From Patescibacteria group bacterium (lineage in GTDB: Bacteria > Patescibacteriota > SICC01): 64,000 nt of DNA. A program made the position numbers and the translations under genes. This document shows, piece after piece, positions 35,343-45,016 of the stretch. Position 1 is the stretch's first letter. Every line of letters starts with the position of its first letter. Where the stretch lies: positions 335,814 to 399,813 of the forward strand of contig JBBDXB010000006.1 in the NCBI GenBank assembly GCA_040902515.1, read 5' to 3'. The notes under the pieces were generated by a model, which saw only the letters and a program-made list of their open reading frames with translations, searched no databases and was not told where the DNA came from.

Positions 35343-35409
35343 GGAGCGTGTCGAGATCCAAGCGCCGAGCTGGCAGGCTCGCCTCGGCATTCGGACTTCT
35401 ACATGCTCC
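35343..35409 (+). promoter_or_regulatory. Long hairpin in the pnp leader
   Basis: GGAGCGTGT/ACATGCTCC outer stem and GCCGAG/CTCGGC inner stem before AAGGAGG. Confidence 0.5.
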
Positions 35410-35429
35410 TCGCCACAGAAGGAGGAAGC

Positions 35430-37625
35430 ATGTTCAACGTGCACACCGCAGAAGGCGTTTTCGGGCGCGAAACACTCAAGTACGAGACCGGCAAGCTTGC
35501 CGGCTTGGCCCATGGCGCCGTCACGGCGCGGTACGGGGATACCGTCGTCCTGGTGACGGCAGTGGTCGGGGACCAGAAACCCGGCTTCGACTACTTCCCG
35601 CTGATGGTCAGCTATGAAGAGAAGATGTACGCGGCCGGCAAGATCTCCGGCGGTTTCTTCAAGCGGGAAGGCCGTCCCAGCGAAGAAGCGACCCTGACGT
35701 CCCGGCTGATCGATCGCCCGATCCGCCCGCTCTTCCCCAAGGGCTGCCGCAACGACATCCAGGTAATCGCCACGGTGCTGTCCGTGGACGGCGTGCACCA
35801 TCCCGACATCGTCGCGATGAACGCCGCTTCGGCAGCGCTGCATGCGGCGGGTTCGCCGATGGTCGAGATGATCGGTGGCGTCCGGATTGGCATGGTCGAC
35901 GGCGCGTTCGTCGTGAACCCGACCGAATCGGAACGTGAGCAATCCACGCTGGACCTGATCGTCGCGGGCACCAAGGACAAGGTCATGATGGTCGAGGCGG
36001 GCGCCAACGAGGTTCCCGAGGAGAAGATGCTCGAAGCGTTCGAGCTGGCATTGTCCGAGATCAAGAAGGCGATCACCATCCAGGAGGACTTGGTCGCCAA
36101 GGTCGCGCCGGCGAAGCGGCAGACGGCGCTGGCCGAAGTCGATCCCGACCTTGAGCGCGAAGTCGCGGAGAAGACCCGGGCGAAGCTCCTGGAGGTCACC
36201 CTGAACTCCAGCCAGGAGGAACGCGAAAAGAAGATAGCCGAACTGACCGGCTGGCTGGCCGAGGAGCTGATGCCGGAAGAAGGCGCTGAGGATCCGAAAT
36301 GGACTCAGGGCCAGGTGAAGGATGCCTTCACCAAGGTCGAGCAAGAAGTGATCCGGGAATCCATCCTCAAGCATGAGGTACGTCCTGACGGACGGAAGCT
36401 CGAAGAGATCCGTCCGATTTCCTGCGAGACCGGCGTCCTGCCGCGGACCCACGGCTCCGCCCTGTTCACGCGCGGCCAGACCCAAGCGCTCACGCTGACC
36501 ACGCTCGGTACCCCGGGCGACCAGCAGATCATCGACACGATGCTCGAAGACACCAAACGGCGCTACATGCACCACTACAACTTCCCTCCGTTCTCGGTGG
36601 GTGAAGCGCGTCCCGTCCGCGGCCCCGGCCGCCGGGAGATCGGGCACGGTTCGCTGGCGGAGCGGGCGCTGCTCCCGATGATCCCGGAGCAAGAGGACTT
36701 CCCGTACACGATGCGGTTGGTCAGCGAGATCCTCGCGTCAAACGGTTCCACCTCAATGGCGTCGGTCTGCGGTTCCACGCTTTCCTTGATGGACGCGGGC
36801 GTGCCGATCAAGAAGCCGGTCTCCGGCATCGCGATGGGCCTCGTCACCGACGGCGACACCACCAAGGTGCTCACCGACATCCAGGGTGCCGAGGACTTCG
36901 CCGGCGACATGGACTTCAAGGTCGCGGGTACCAAGGACGGCATCACCGCACTGCAGATGGACATGAAGGTCTGGGGCATCCCGCTGGATGTGATGGACCA
37001 GGCGCTGGCGCAGGCCAAGACTGCACGGCTGGAGATCATGGAGAAAATGCTGGAGACGATCCCCGAGCCGCGGCAGGAGATGGCGCCGCACGCGCCGCGG
37101 ATCACCACGATGAAGATCGACCCGGAGAAGATACGGATCGTGATCGGTCCGGGCGGCAAGACGATCAACGAGATCACCCAGGCGACCGGCGTGACCATCG
37201 ACCTCGAGGACGACGGCACCGTGATGATCGGTTCGATCGACGGCGACGGCGCCACGAAGGCGAAGGAGTGGATCGAGGCGCTTACCGCCGAGCCGGAAGT
37301 CGGCAAGGTCTACGACGGTAAGGTCACCAAGCTGATGCCATTCGGCGCGTTCGTGGAATTCATGCCGGGCAAGGAAGGCATGGTCCACATCTCCCAGATC
37401 GCGGACGAGCGGATCGGGGCCGTGGAAGACGTGCTCTCGGTCGGCGACGAAACGAAGGTGATGGTGATCGAAGTCGACTCACAAGGTCGTAACAACCTTT
37501 CGATCAAGGCCGCGAAGAACGGCAGCGACGCCGCCGCCGCCGCGGACGAAGTCCGGCAGGCCCGCGGCAGCGGCCCGGCCGGCGGCCGGGGCGACCGCCG
37601 TGGACCGCGCGGACCCCGCCGGTGA
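35430..37625 (+). CDS. pnp: Polyribonucleotide nucleotidyltransferase
   Basis: RLIDRPIRP, FTRGQTQ, RREIGHG, SNGSTSMAS, DMDFKVAG, KH and S1 domains. Confidence 0.98.
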   Translation: MFNVHTAEGVFGRETLKYETGKLAGLAHGAVTARYGDTVVLVTAVVGDQKPGFDYFPLMVSYEEKMYAAGKISGGFFKREGRPSEEATLTSRLIDRPIRPLFPKGCRNDIQVIATVLSVDGVHHPDIVAMNAASAALHAAGSPMVEMIGGVRIGMVDGAFVVNPTESEREQSTLDLIVAGTKDKVMMVEAGANEVPEEKMLEAFELALSEIKKAITIQEDLVAKVAPAKRQTALAEVDPDLEREVAEKTRAKLLEVTLNSSQEEREKKIAELTGWLAEELMPEEGAEDPKWTQGQVKDAFTKVEQEVIRESILKHEVRPDGRKLEEIRPISCETGVLPRTHGSALFTRGQTQALTLTTLGTPGDQQIIDTMLEDTKRRYMHHYNFPPFSVGEARPVRGPGRREIGHGSLAERALLPMIPEQEDFPYTMRLVSEILASNGSTSMASVCGSTLSLMDAGVPIKKPVSGIAMGLVTDGDTTKVLTDIQGAEDFAGDMDFKVAGTKDGITALQMDMKVWGIPLDVMDQALAQAKTARLEIMEKMLETIPEPRQEMAPHAPRITTMKIDPEKIRIVIGPGGKTINEITQATGVTIDLEDDGTVMIGSIDGDGATKAKEWIEALTAEPEVGKVYDGKVTKLMPFGAFVEFMPGKEGMVHISQIADERIGAVEDVLSVGDETKVMVIEVDSQGRNNLSIKAAKNGSDAAAAADEVRQARGSGPAGGRGDRRGPRGPRR

Positions 37626-37696
37626 CCGTCAGTAATCCAGGTCCCTGCCGTTCGTCCATTGACTACGGCGGGGATTTTGGCATAGTTTGGAGCATC

Positions 37697-38323
37697 ATGG
37701 AAGCCGCGCAAGCACCAGGTCGCGGGCCGGAACGCGAACACGCCGCCGCCCGGCGCCTCCGGCTCGTCTTGTCCGGAGAGGTTGATGTACCCGAACTGCC
37801 TGATACGGATCCACCGGATGAGAGCCGGCTTGGTGATGCCGTGTTGCACGAGGCTGCGTTGGAAGAAGAAGCGCTTCGGATCCGTGCCCGCTACGATATC
37901 CACGGCATGCTGGCGGAGGAAGCAAAGAGACTGATCCGGATTCCGGAGAAACATGGCGGGTACCGTGACGTCGAGACGAACCGCCGGTTCGCCGTGATCA
38001 CTGACTCCGATGGTCGTTTGGAATCGATCATGTTCGAGGATCCGGAAATTGACGAGAAAGGCGAGCGCTCCCGGACGATCCGGTATGAACGGTATATTCG
38101 TGAAGAAGTGACGATCGATCCTTCGCAGGTAGAACCGGAAGGACCGCGCAAGTATTCCGTTTGGAAACGGGAAGACCTCTTCGCGGAAGTCGATAATGAG
38201 ACCCATGAGACAGTGGATCACTGGTACGGTCCAGCAGCAGAAGTCGATACCGACGAGGTTACCAAACTCCATGCCATGGTCTCAGAGATTACCGGCACGA
38301 TCAGCCGGCCGCGGGCAAACTAG
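37697..38323 (+). CDS. Hypothetical acidic protein
   Basis: TTGACT...CATAGT promoter-like boxes, about 208-aa ORF. Confidence 0.65.
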   Translation: MEAAQAPGRGPEREHAAARRLRLVLSGEVDVPELPDTDPPDESRLGDAVLHEAALEEEALRIRARYDIHGMLAEEAKRLIRIPEKHGGYRDVETNRRFAVITDSDGRLESIMFEDPEIDEKGERSRTIRYERYIREEVTIDPSQVEPEGPRKYSVWKREDLFAEVDNETHETVDHWYGPAAEVDTDEVTKLHAMVSEITGTISRPRAN

Positions 38324-38347
38324 CATAATCTTGCTACAATACCCCGG

Positions 38348-39913
38348 ATGGCACGAACCGCCCGGAAAATGCGACGGTTGCCCGGCTCCTTGCATAAGGT
38401 GCGGTTTTGGCCGGCCTTGGTAGCGGGTGTCGCACTGATTCTGCTCGGCATGTGGTTCTGGCTCGCGGTGATGCGCGCGTCGGTGAGCCAAGCGCTGCTG
38501 GCGGAACTTCCCCAGGACAGCCGGATTGCCGGGGTGGTCAAGCTTTCCGCGATCGACCTGGACACCATCGAACAGGTGAGCCAGTCGGCGAGCATCTATC
38601 CCGCGGGTGTCGAATCACTGGTCGCGACGCTCCGGGATGCGGCGCCGGCTGAACTGTTCGCCAAGGCGCTCGGACCGGAGGTCGCGTTCGCGGACGTACA
38701 CGGGCATTCTCTGGCCGTGGTGACGATCCGAGACCAGGCGTCGTTCGAGGAGCTCTCCGGAAAGGTCGGGGCACGGCTGGGGGAGCCGGGCATTTCCCAT
38801 GCGGAGTCAGCCGAGCGGGGCCGTGTGCCGTTCTTCAGCGCGAAGCTGGCGGAATCAGACCGGACCGTCTTCGCTTACCGCGAGGACGACCTGCTTTTCG
38901 TCGCGACGGATCCCGAGCCGATACTGGATGCGCTCGCCCAGCGGCAGGGGTTTGACGCGACCACGGCGTTCGAGGACGTTTCCGGAAGGTTGCCGGGCGG
39001 AGCGGACGCGTACGTCTTCCTGGACGGCCGCCTGGCGGACCGCTATCCCCGACTGGGATTCTCGCTGATCGGCGTGGCCATCCGTGACGAGGATGAACAC
39101 CTGCGCCTACAGGCGGTCAGCGCGGACCCGCCCGAGGTCAACGTATCATTACCCGCCGCTTCCGGCGGCCTGCTGCCCGCGCCCGAACAGGCGACGCTCG
39201 GCATATCCGGCACGAGCGTGCTCCGGTATCTCCAGCTGCTCGAAGCACAGCGCAGCGAACGGGCGCTTCCGGAGGTGATCAAGCTGCAGAACGGGATCGC
39301 GTCACTGAACCGTCGGCTCGGAGTTGACCTGGAGACGGACTATCTGGCCGCCGCTGACGGGCGGTTCACGTACGCGCGGTTTGCGGACGGGAAATCGCAA
39401 CGGTGGATGACGTTATTGGAGTTCGAGGGTCCGGAGGTGGCCCGTACCAAGGTCGAAAGCTTCGAGCAGCTGGCGCGCGAGAAACTGACCGTGCCAGTCC
39501 GTCGAGAAGTGGTCAAAGTGCTGCCGGATGGTTCCCGCTCACGCGAGATCGAATCGGAGAAGCAGGAGCGGCTGAAGTTCGGCGCGGTGGAGGTGGAAGA
39601 CCAGCCGGCCAAGGCGGTCAAGCTGCCGGAACTCGGCCGGATCGTCTGGCAGGTCCGTGACCGGTTCCTGCTGGTCGGTGACAGCGAACGGAGCGTTGCC
39701 CGCTTGGTCCGGACGATCCGGAAACCGACGGATACCGTCGATGGCGAAGGACAGCTTGCCGTCCGTCTGGATCTCTCGAAGGCCGGGACGTTGACTGGTG
39801 GCGAGGACGTGATTTTCAGTTGGATCCTGGCGACCCGTCCGGCAGAGGGCGAGCTCACCCTGGGCAAGGAGAGCGGCGTGCTTTCCGGATTCGTGACGTT
39901 CGCGGAGCGCTGA
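38348..39913 (+). CDS. Membrane-anchored exported protein (DUF3352-like)
   Basis: N-terminal TM and an internally duplicated beta-rich pattern (REDDLLFVATD / VRDRFLLVGDS). Confidence 0.65.
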   Translation: MARTARKMRRLPGSLHKVRFWPALVAGVALILLGMWFWLAVMRASVSQALLAELPQDSRIAGVVKLSAIDLDTIEQVSQSASIYPAGVESLVATLRDAAPAELFAKALGPEVAFADVHGHSLAVVTIRDQASFEELSGKVGARLGEPGISHAESAERGRVPFFSAKLAESDRTVFAYREDDLLFVATDPEPILDALAQRQGFDATTAFEDVSGRLPGGADAYVFLDGRLADRYPRLGFSLIGVAIRDEDEHLRLQAVSADPPEVNVSLPAASGGLLPAPEQATLGISGTSVLRYLQLLEAQRSERALPEVIKLQNGIASLNRRLGVDLETDYLAAADGRFTYARFADGKSQRWMTLLEFEGPEVARTKVESFEQLAREKLTVPVRREVVKVLPDGSRSREIESEKQERLKFGAVEVEDQPAKAVKLPELGRIVWQVRDRFLLVGDSERSVARLVRTIRKPTDTVDGEGQLAVRLDLSKAGTLTGGEDVIFSWILATRPAEGELTLGKESGVLSGFVTFAER

Positions 39914-40806
39914 TGCGGCTCGGTGCGCACCTTTCGGTGGCCAAGGGGCTGCCCCACCTGTTGCAACAGGCCGACGATCTCGGCGCGACGGCGATCCAGA
40001 TCTTCGCCCGCAACCCCCGCGGTCGTGGGGAGACGAAGATATCGCCCGAGGATGCCGCCGCATTCCGTGCCGGCCTCAAGCGACGCAAGGCGAAGCTGTT
40101 CATCCATGCCCCGTATTACGTGCAGGTCGGTGCGAGCGATGCCCGGAACCGGCGGATCGCCGCGGAAGTCGCGGCCGCCGACCTGGTGAAAGGCGACCTA
40201 CTGGGAGCCGACGGTGTCGTCGTGCACTTCGGCGGCTCCGTCGACGCGGATGGTCCCGACGTAAGCACGGCGCATACGGTCAAGACCATCAAGGCGGCGT
40301 TCAAGAAGTCCGGCCCGACGAACTGCCGGCTGCTCCTCGAGATTTCGGCCAGCGACAAGCGGGTCGGCGGGACCTTCGAGCAGATCAGGAACATCCTGGA
40401 CGGCGTCGGTGAGCCGTCACGGGTCGGCGTCTGCCTCGACACGTGCCACCTGTATACCGCGGGATTCGATATCCGCGGGAGCGGCGCTACCAGGGTCCTC
40501 AACCGGTTCGCGAAAACGGTGGGGCTCCGGAAGCTGAAGGTGGTCCACCTGAACGATACCCAATCCGATCTCGGCCAGGGACTGGACCGGCACTTCCACA
40601 TCGGCCAAGGGCAGATCGGCGAGGCCGCGTTCCGGAACCTGCTCCGTGATTCCCGGCTGAGGAACATGGACTTCGTGTTGGAAACGCCGAAGGAGGGCTG
40701 GGGTGAAGCCACGCGCCTACCGAAAACCAAGGGCGCGCCATCGATCGACGCGGATGCCCGAAACCTGGCCACGCTCCGCCGGCTCGCCGGTACGGCCGCC
40801 CGCTGA
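39913..40806 (+). CDS. nfo: Endonuclease IV
   Basis: MRLGAHLS, QIFARNPR, HAPY, CLDTCH, HLND, DRH, LETP. Confidence 0.95.
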   Translation: MRLGAHLSVAKGLPHLLQQADDLGATAIQIFARNPRGRGETKISPEDAAAFRAGLKRRKAKLFIHAPYYVQVGASDARNRRIAAEVAAADLVKGDLLGADGVVVHFGGSVDADGPDVSTAHTVKTIKAAFKKSGPTNCRLLLEISASDKRVGGTFEQIRNILDGVGEPSRVGVCLDTCHLYTAGFDIRGSGATRVLNRFAKTVGLRKLKVVHLNDTQSDLGQGLDRHFHIGQGQIGEAAFRNLLRDSRLRNMDFVLETPKEGWGEATRLPKTKGAPSIDADARNLATLRRLAGTAAR

Positions 40807-40818
40807 TACGCTAAGACC

Positions 40819-41265
40819 ATGGCGAGACAAAACACCAATCCGGTCCGGTCGAACCCGACCCATCCGGCGGCGTACGTGGCCTGGGCACAAGCGCTGGCCG
40901 CGACATCCGGCAGCCTCTACTTCAGCGAAGCCGCGGGATACCTGCCGTGCCTGCTCTGCTGGTACCAGCGGATCGCGATGTATCCGCTGGTCGTGATCCT
41001 GGCAGTCGGTATCCTGCGCCGGGACGCGAAGATGTACCAGTACGCCCTGCCGCTGGCGATCATCGGCGCTCTAGTCGCGCTATACCACGTACTGCTCTAC
41101 TACGGCGTGTTCCCCGAATCGGAACAGACCTGCCGGGCCGGGGTATCCTGTACGACCGAATACATCGAGTACCTGGGATTCATCACGATCCCGTTGCTCT
41201 CGCTGGTATCGTTCCTGGTAATTATCGGGTGCATGATGCTACTTTGGAAAGCGGCTAGGAGATGA
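40819..41265 (+). CDS. dsbB: Disulfide bond formation protein (DsbB/BdbC)
   Basis: GSLYFSE...PCLLCWYQRIAMYPL, second Cys pair, 4 TMs. Confidence 0.92.
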   Translation: MARQNTNPVRSNPTHPAAYVAWAQALAATSGSLYFSEAAGYLPCLLCWYQRIAMYPLVVILAVGILRRDAKMYQYALPLAIIGALVALYHVLLYYGVFPESEQTCRAGVSCTTEYIEYLGFITIPLLSLVSFLVIIGCMMLLWKAARR

Positions 41266-41891
41266 ACACCGAATCGAAAGTCATGATCGCCATCGCCGCC
41301 GTGATCACCGTCGCGGTGAGCGTGCTCTTGGTGATGAACGGTTCGTCACAAGGTGAATCCGAGGTGGCCGATCCCGGCAAGCTGGTCCGCGAGGATTCGA
41401 TCCAGTCCAACCCCGACGCCGCGGTGACGGTCGTGGAATTCGGTGACCTGCAGTGTCCGGCCTGTGCCGACGCCAACGCCACGGTCCAGCAGATCAAGGA
41501 TGAGTTCAAGGATCGGGTGAACGTGGTCTGGCGGCACTTCCCGCTGGACAGCCATGCCAACGCCGAGGCGGCCGCGAATGCCGCCGAGGCGGCCCATGCC
41601 CAAGGGAAATTCTTCGAATATGCCGATACCCTCTTCGCCCAGCAGGGTTCCTGGAGTGATACCACGGGCGGCAGCTTGGTCCAGCTTTTCGTGCAGTACG
41701 GTGAGGCACTCCAGCTCGACGGCGATACCATCACGCAGGCCGTGGAGAACGAGCAGTACCAGGATAAGATCGATCGCGACCGTCAGGATGGTCTGGCGCT
41801 CGGCGTCAATTCCACGCCGAGCTTCTTCGTGAACGGACAGCCGGTGCCGACCACGGGGCTCCGCCAGGCCGTCCAGGACGCCCTGAAGTAG
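41262..41891 (+). CDS. dsbA: DsbA-family thiol-disulfide oxidoreductase
   Basis: EFGDLQCPAC, RHFPL, GVNSTPSFFVNG. Confidence 0.92.
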   Translation: MNTESKVMIAIAAVITVAVSVLLVMNGSSQGESEVADPGKLVREDSIQSNPDAAVTVVEFGDLQCPACADANATVQQIKDEFKDRVNVVWRHFPLDSHANAEAAANAAEAAHAQGKFFEYADTLFAQQGSWSDTTGGSLVQLFVQYGEALQLDGDTITQAVENEQYQDKIDRDRQDGLALGVNSTPSFFVNGQPVPTTGLRQAVQDALK

Positions 41892-41902
41892 CCAGTACCG
41901 CG

Positions 41903-42400
41903 ATGCGCATCGGTATCCTCGGCGATATCCACGACAACCGGGCCAATCTCGCGAAAGTGCTTTCGGGAATGCAGGCGGTCCGTCCGGATCTGATCCTCTG
42001 CCTGGGCGACCTGACCGAACCGTCGGTGCTGCTTCCTATCACTCAGGCCTTTCCGGAAACGCCGCTCCACCTCGTCTCCGGCAATTGCGATTCTGACGAA
42101 TCGATAAAGTGCTTCATTGACAAGGAATCACTCGATGGGGTACACTATCATCACTTAACAGGAAGGCTGACGCTTGATGACAAGCGGATCGCCTTCACTC
42201 ACAAGCCCCGCCACGCCGAGGTCCTTCTCCAGGAAGACTTCGACGTCATCTGCTTCGGGCACACGCATGAACCGCGCCTCCTTTCCAAGGAGGATACGTT
42301 GCTGGTCAATCCAGGCGATGTACAAGGACGTTTCGGCGAGCGCCCCGGATATGCCGTGTATGACACGGCCAGCGGCCGGGCGGAACTGAAGAACGTTTGA
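41903..42400 (+). CDS. YfcE-like metallophosphoesterase
   Basis: GDIHDN, LGD, GNCD, GHTH, NPG. Confidence 0.92.
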   Translation: MRIGILGDIHDNRANLAKVLSGMQAVRPDLILCLGDLTEPSVLLPITQAFPETPLHLVSGNCDSDESIKCFIDKESLDGVHYHHLTGRLTLDDKRIAFTHKPRHAEVLLQEDFDVICFGHTHEPRLLSKEDTLLVNPGDVQGRFGERPGYAVYDTASGRAELKNV

Positions 42401-43107
42401 AACCGAATAAGTCACTGGACCAGATCGCCGAGGAAATCCGCGCCCACCGCGGGTGTGGATTCGAGCCGTGCGAAACCTGCACGAACCCGGTACCGGGCGA
42501 AGGAAATCCCCATGCCGAGATCATGTTCATCGGCGAAGGGCCGGGGAAGAACGAAGACCTCCAAGGGCGTCCGTTCGTCGGCGCGGCCGGAAAGCTGCTC
42601 GACGAATTGATCGCTTCCATCGGCCTGCAGCGCGGGGACGTGTTCATCACCAACGTGTTGAAGGCGCGTCCGCCGGGAAACCGCGACCCGAAGCCGGATG
42701 AGATCGACCATTCCTGGCCTTGGCTGCGTGACCAGATCGCGAACATCCGTCCGAAGCTGCTGGTGCTGCTGGGCCGGCACGCGATGGACTGGTTCCTCCC
42801 GGACCTCCGGATCTCGGCCGATCACGGACGGGCCAAGCGCTTCCGCGGGCAGGTATATCTGCCGGTGTACCATCCCGCGGCGGCGCTATACACGGGCTCG
42901 CTCCGCCAGACGCTTTTCGACGACTTCAAGCAGATTCCCAAACTGCTGGAGAAGATCAAGCAGCAGCCGGCGCAGGAACCGGTGATCGAGCCGGCGTTCA
43001 AGCTGAAGCTGGAACCGAAGGCAGGCACACCTGCCGACCTGGGAAGCGACGCCAAGGCGCCTGCGACCCGGCAGACTACCAACAATAACCAAGGAAATTT
43101 ACTCTGA
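42397..43107 (+). CDS. Uracil-DNA glycosylase family 4
   Basis: GEGPGKNED, PFVG, RPPGNRDP, YHPAA. Confidence 0.93.
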   Translation: MKPNKSLDQIAEEIRAHRGCGFEPCETCTNPVPGEGNPHAEIMFIGEGPGKNEDLQGRPFVGAAGKLLDELIASIGLQRGDVFITNVLKARPPGNRDPKPDEIDHSWPWLRDQIANIRPKLLVLLGRHAMDWFLPDLRISADHGRAKRFRGQVYLPVYHPAAALYTGSLRQTLFDDFKQIPKLLEKIKQQPAQEPVIEPAFKLKLEPKAGTPADLGSDAKAPATRQTTNNNQGNLL

Positions 43108-43108
43108 T

Positions 43109-44995
43109 ATGAATCAACAACCACGACAATCAAACAACAACGACCGCTCGAAGCGGCCCCGCCGCTCCGGCGGCCAAAGAGGTGGCCAGGGTGGCCAAGG
43201 CGGCCAGGGTGGCCAGCGGCGCAACCGCCCGTCACGCGGCGGCGGACGCCGCCGCGGAGGACCGCCCCGCCGCTCCAACGGACCGCTGATCGGACCGGTG
43301 GCCCCGCCGACCGGAAAGCCGGCACCGCCGGGACCGAACCATTTGCGGATCATCCCGATGGGTGGCCTCGGTGAGATCGGCCTGAACTGCATGGCTCTGG
43401 AATACGGCAATGACATCATCATCATCGATGTCGGCCTGATGTTCCCCGACCAGACGATGCCGGGCGTGGACCTCGTCATCCCGGACGTCTCGTACCTCGA
43501 GGCCCGGAAGGACCGGATCCGCGGCATCTTCATCACCCATGCCCACCTCGACCACATCGGCGGCGCGCCGTACCTGGTGCCGAAGCTCGGCTTCCCGCCG
43601 GTCTACGCGACCCGGCTGGCCGACGGCTTCATCAAGGCGCAGCTGGAGGAGCACAAGCTCGACCGGCGGGTGCAGGTCAATACGTTCAAGTTCGACGACA
43701 AGATCAAGGCGGGCGTCTTCACGGTCGAGGCCTTCCACATCAATCACAACATTCCCGAAGGAGTCGGGTTCGCGATCACCACGCCGCTCGGCGTCGTGAC
43801 GCACTCCGGCGACTTCAAGTTCGACAAGACGCCGATCGCGGACACGCCGGCGGAATTCGACAAGATCAAGCGGATCGGCGAGCACGGCGTGCTGCTCGCG
43901 ATGAACGACTCCACCAACGTGGAGAAGCCCGGCCGGACCGTTTCCGAGATCGAGATCGAGAAGAACCTGATCGAACAGATCTCCAAGGCCAAGGGCCGGG
44001 TGATCATGTCGACGTTCGCTTCGCTCGTGTCACGGCTCCAGGAAGCGATCGATGCGGCCGAGAAGAACGGCCGGAAGGTCTGTATCGTCGGCCGCTCCAT
44101 GCTCAAGAACGTCGAGATCTGCCAACGGCTCGGCTACATCAAGATCCCGAAGGGGATCCTGGTGGACGTGCGGAAGCTCAAGGGCATCCCCGACCGGGAG
44201 CTCCTGGTGATCTGCACCGGCTCGCAGGCGACCGAGTTCTCGGCGCTGCTCCGGATGTCCACCGGCGAGCACGCACAGATCCAGATCAAGCAGGGCGATA
44301 CGGTGATCCTTTCCAGTTCGCCGGTACCCGGCAACGAGCGCGCGGTCGAATCCATGATGGACGACCTGTTCCGGCTCGGCGCGGACGTAATCTATAACAA
44401 GATGTATGACATCCACACCTCGGGACATGCCCAACAGGACGAGCTGCGCGAGATGATCCAGATGCTTCGGCCGAAGCACTTCATGCCGATCCACGGCGAG
44501 TACCGCAAGCGCGTACTCCATGGGCGGATCGCGAACGAGGAAGGCATTCCGCCGGCCAACGTACACATCCTCGACAACGGCCGGGTGCTTGAGGTCAAAG
44601 GCCCGGACCGGGTGGAGCTCACCAAGGAGCGCGCCGGCGGCGGCCTGGTACTCGTGGACGGCCTTGGTGTAGGCGACATCGGCCAGGTGGTCCTGCGGGA
44701 CCGCCAGCACATGGCCGAGGACGGCATGCTTGTGGCGATCATCACGGTGGACCGTCGCAGCGGCCAGTTGATCGGTAGCCCGGATATCATCTCCCGCGGC
44801 TTCGTCTATCTGAAGGAGTCCGGGAAGCTCATGGGCCAGGTCCGGGGCGAGATCAAACGGATGTTCAAGGGTGCGGAGAAACGGCCGAGCGAATGGTCGG
44901 CGACCAAGAACAAGGTCCGCGACGACCTCGGCGATTTTCTCTACGCCGAGACTGAACGCCGTCCGATGGTGATTCCGGTAATCATCGAAGTTTAG
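43109..44995 (+). CDS. rnj: Ribonuclease J with disordered RG/GQ-rich N-terminus
   Basis: GGLGEIG, THAHLDHIG, GDFK, DSTN, HTSGHA, PIHGE. Confidence 0.97.
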   Translation: MNQQPRQSNNNDRSKRPRRSGGQRGGQGGQGGQGGQRRNRPSRGGGRRRGGPPRRSNGPLIGPVAPPTGKPAPPGPNHLRIIPMGGLGEIGLNCMALEYGNDIIIIDVGLMFPDQTMPGVDLVIPDVSYLEARKDRIRGIFITHAHLDHIGGAPYLVPKLGFPPVYATRLADGFIKAQLEEHKLDRRVQVNTFKFDDKIKAGVFTVEAFHINHNIPEGVGFAITTPLGVVTHSGDFKFDKTPIADTPAEFDKIKRIGEHGVLLAMNDSTNVEKPGRTVSEIEIEKNLIEQISKAKGRVIMSTFASLVSRLQEAIDAAEKNGRKVCIVGRSMLKNVEICQRLGYIKIPKGILVDVRKLKGIPDRELLVICTGSQATEFSALLRMSTGEHAQIQIKQGDTVILSSSPVPGNERAVESMMDDLFRLGADVIYNKMYDIHTSGHAQQDELREMIQMLRPKHFMPIHGEYRKRVLHGRIANEEGIPPANVHILDNGRVLEVKGPDRVELTKERAGGGLVLVDGLGVGDIGQVVLRDRQHMAEDGMLVAIITVDRRSGQLIGSPDIISRGFVYLKESGKLMGQVRGEIKRMFKGAEKRPSEWSATKNKVRDDLGDFLYAETERRPMVIPVIIEV

Positions 44996-45016
44996 CCCGA
45001 GGTTTGACTGCCGGGC

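Noticed and set aside
43181-43216. 9-bp tandem repeat GGYGGCCAR
   Set aside because: In-frame coding repeat for (GGQ)4 in RNase J; not a contingency locus or mobile element
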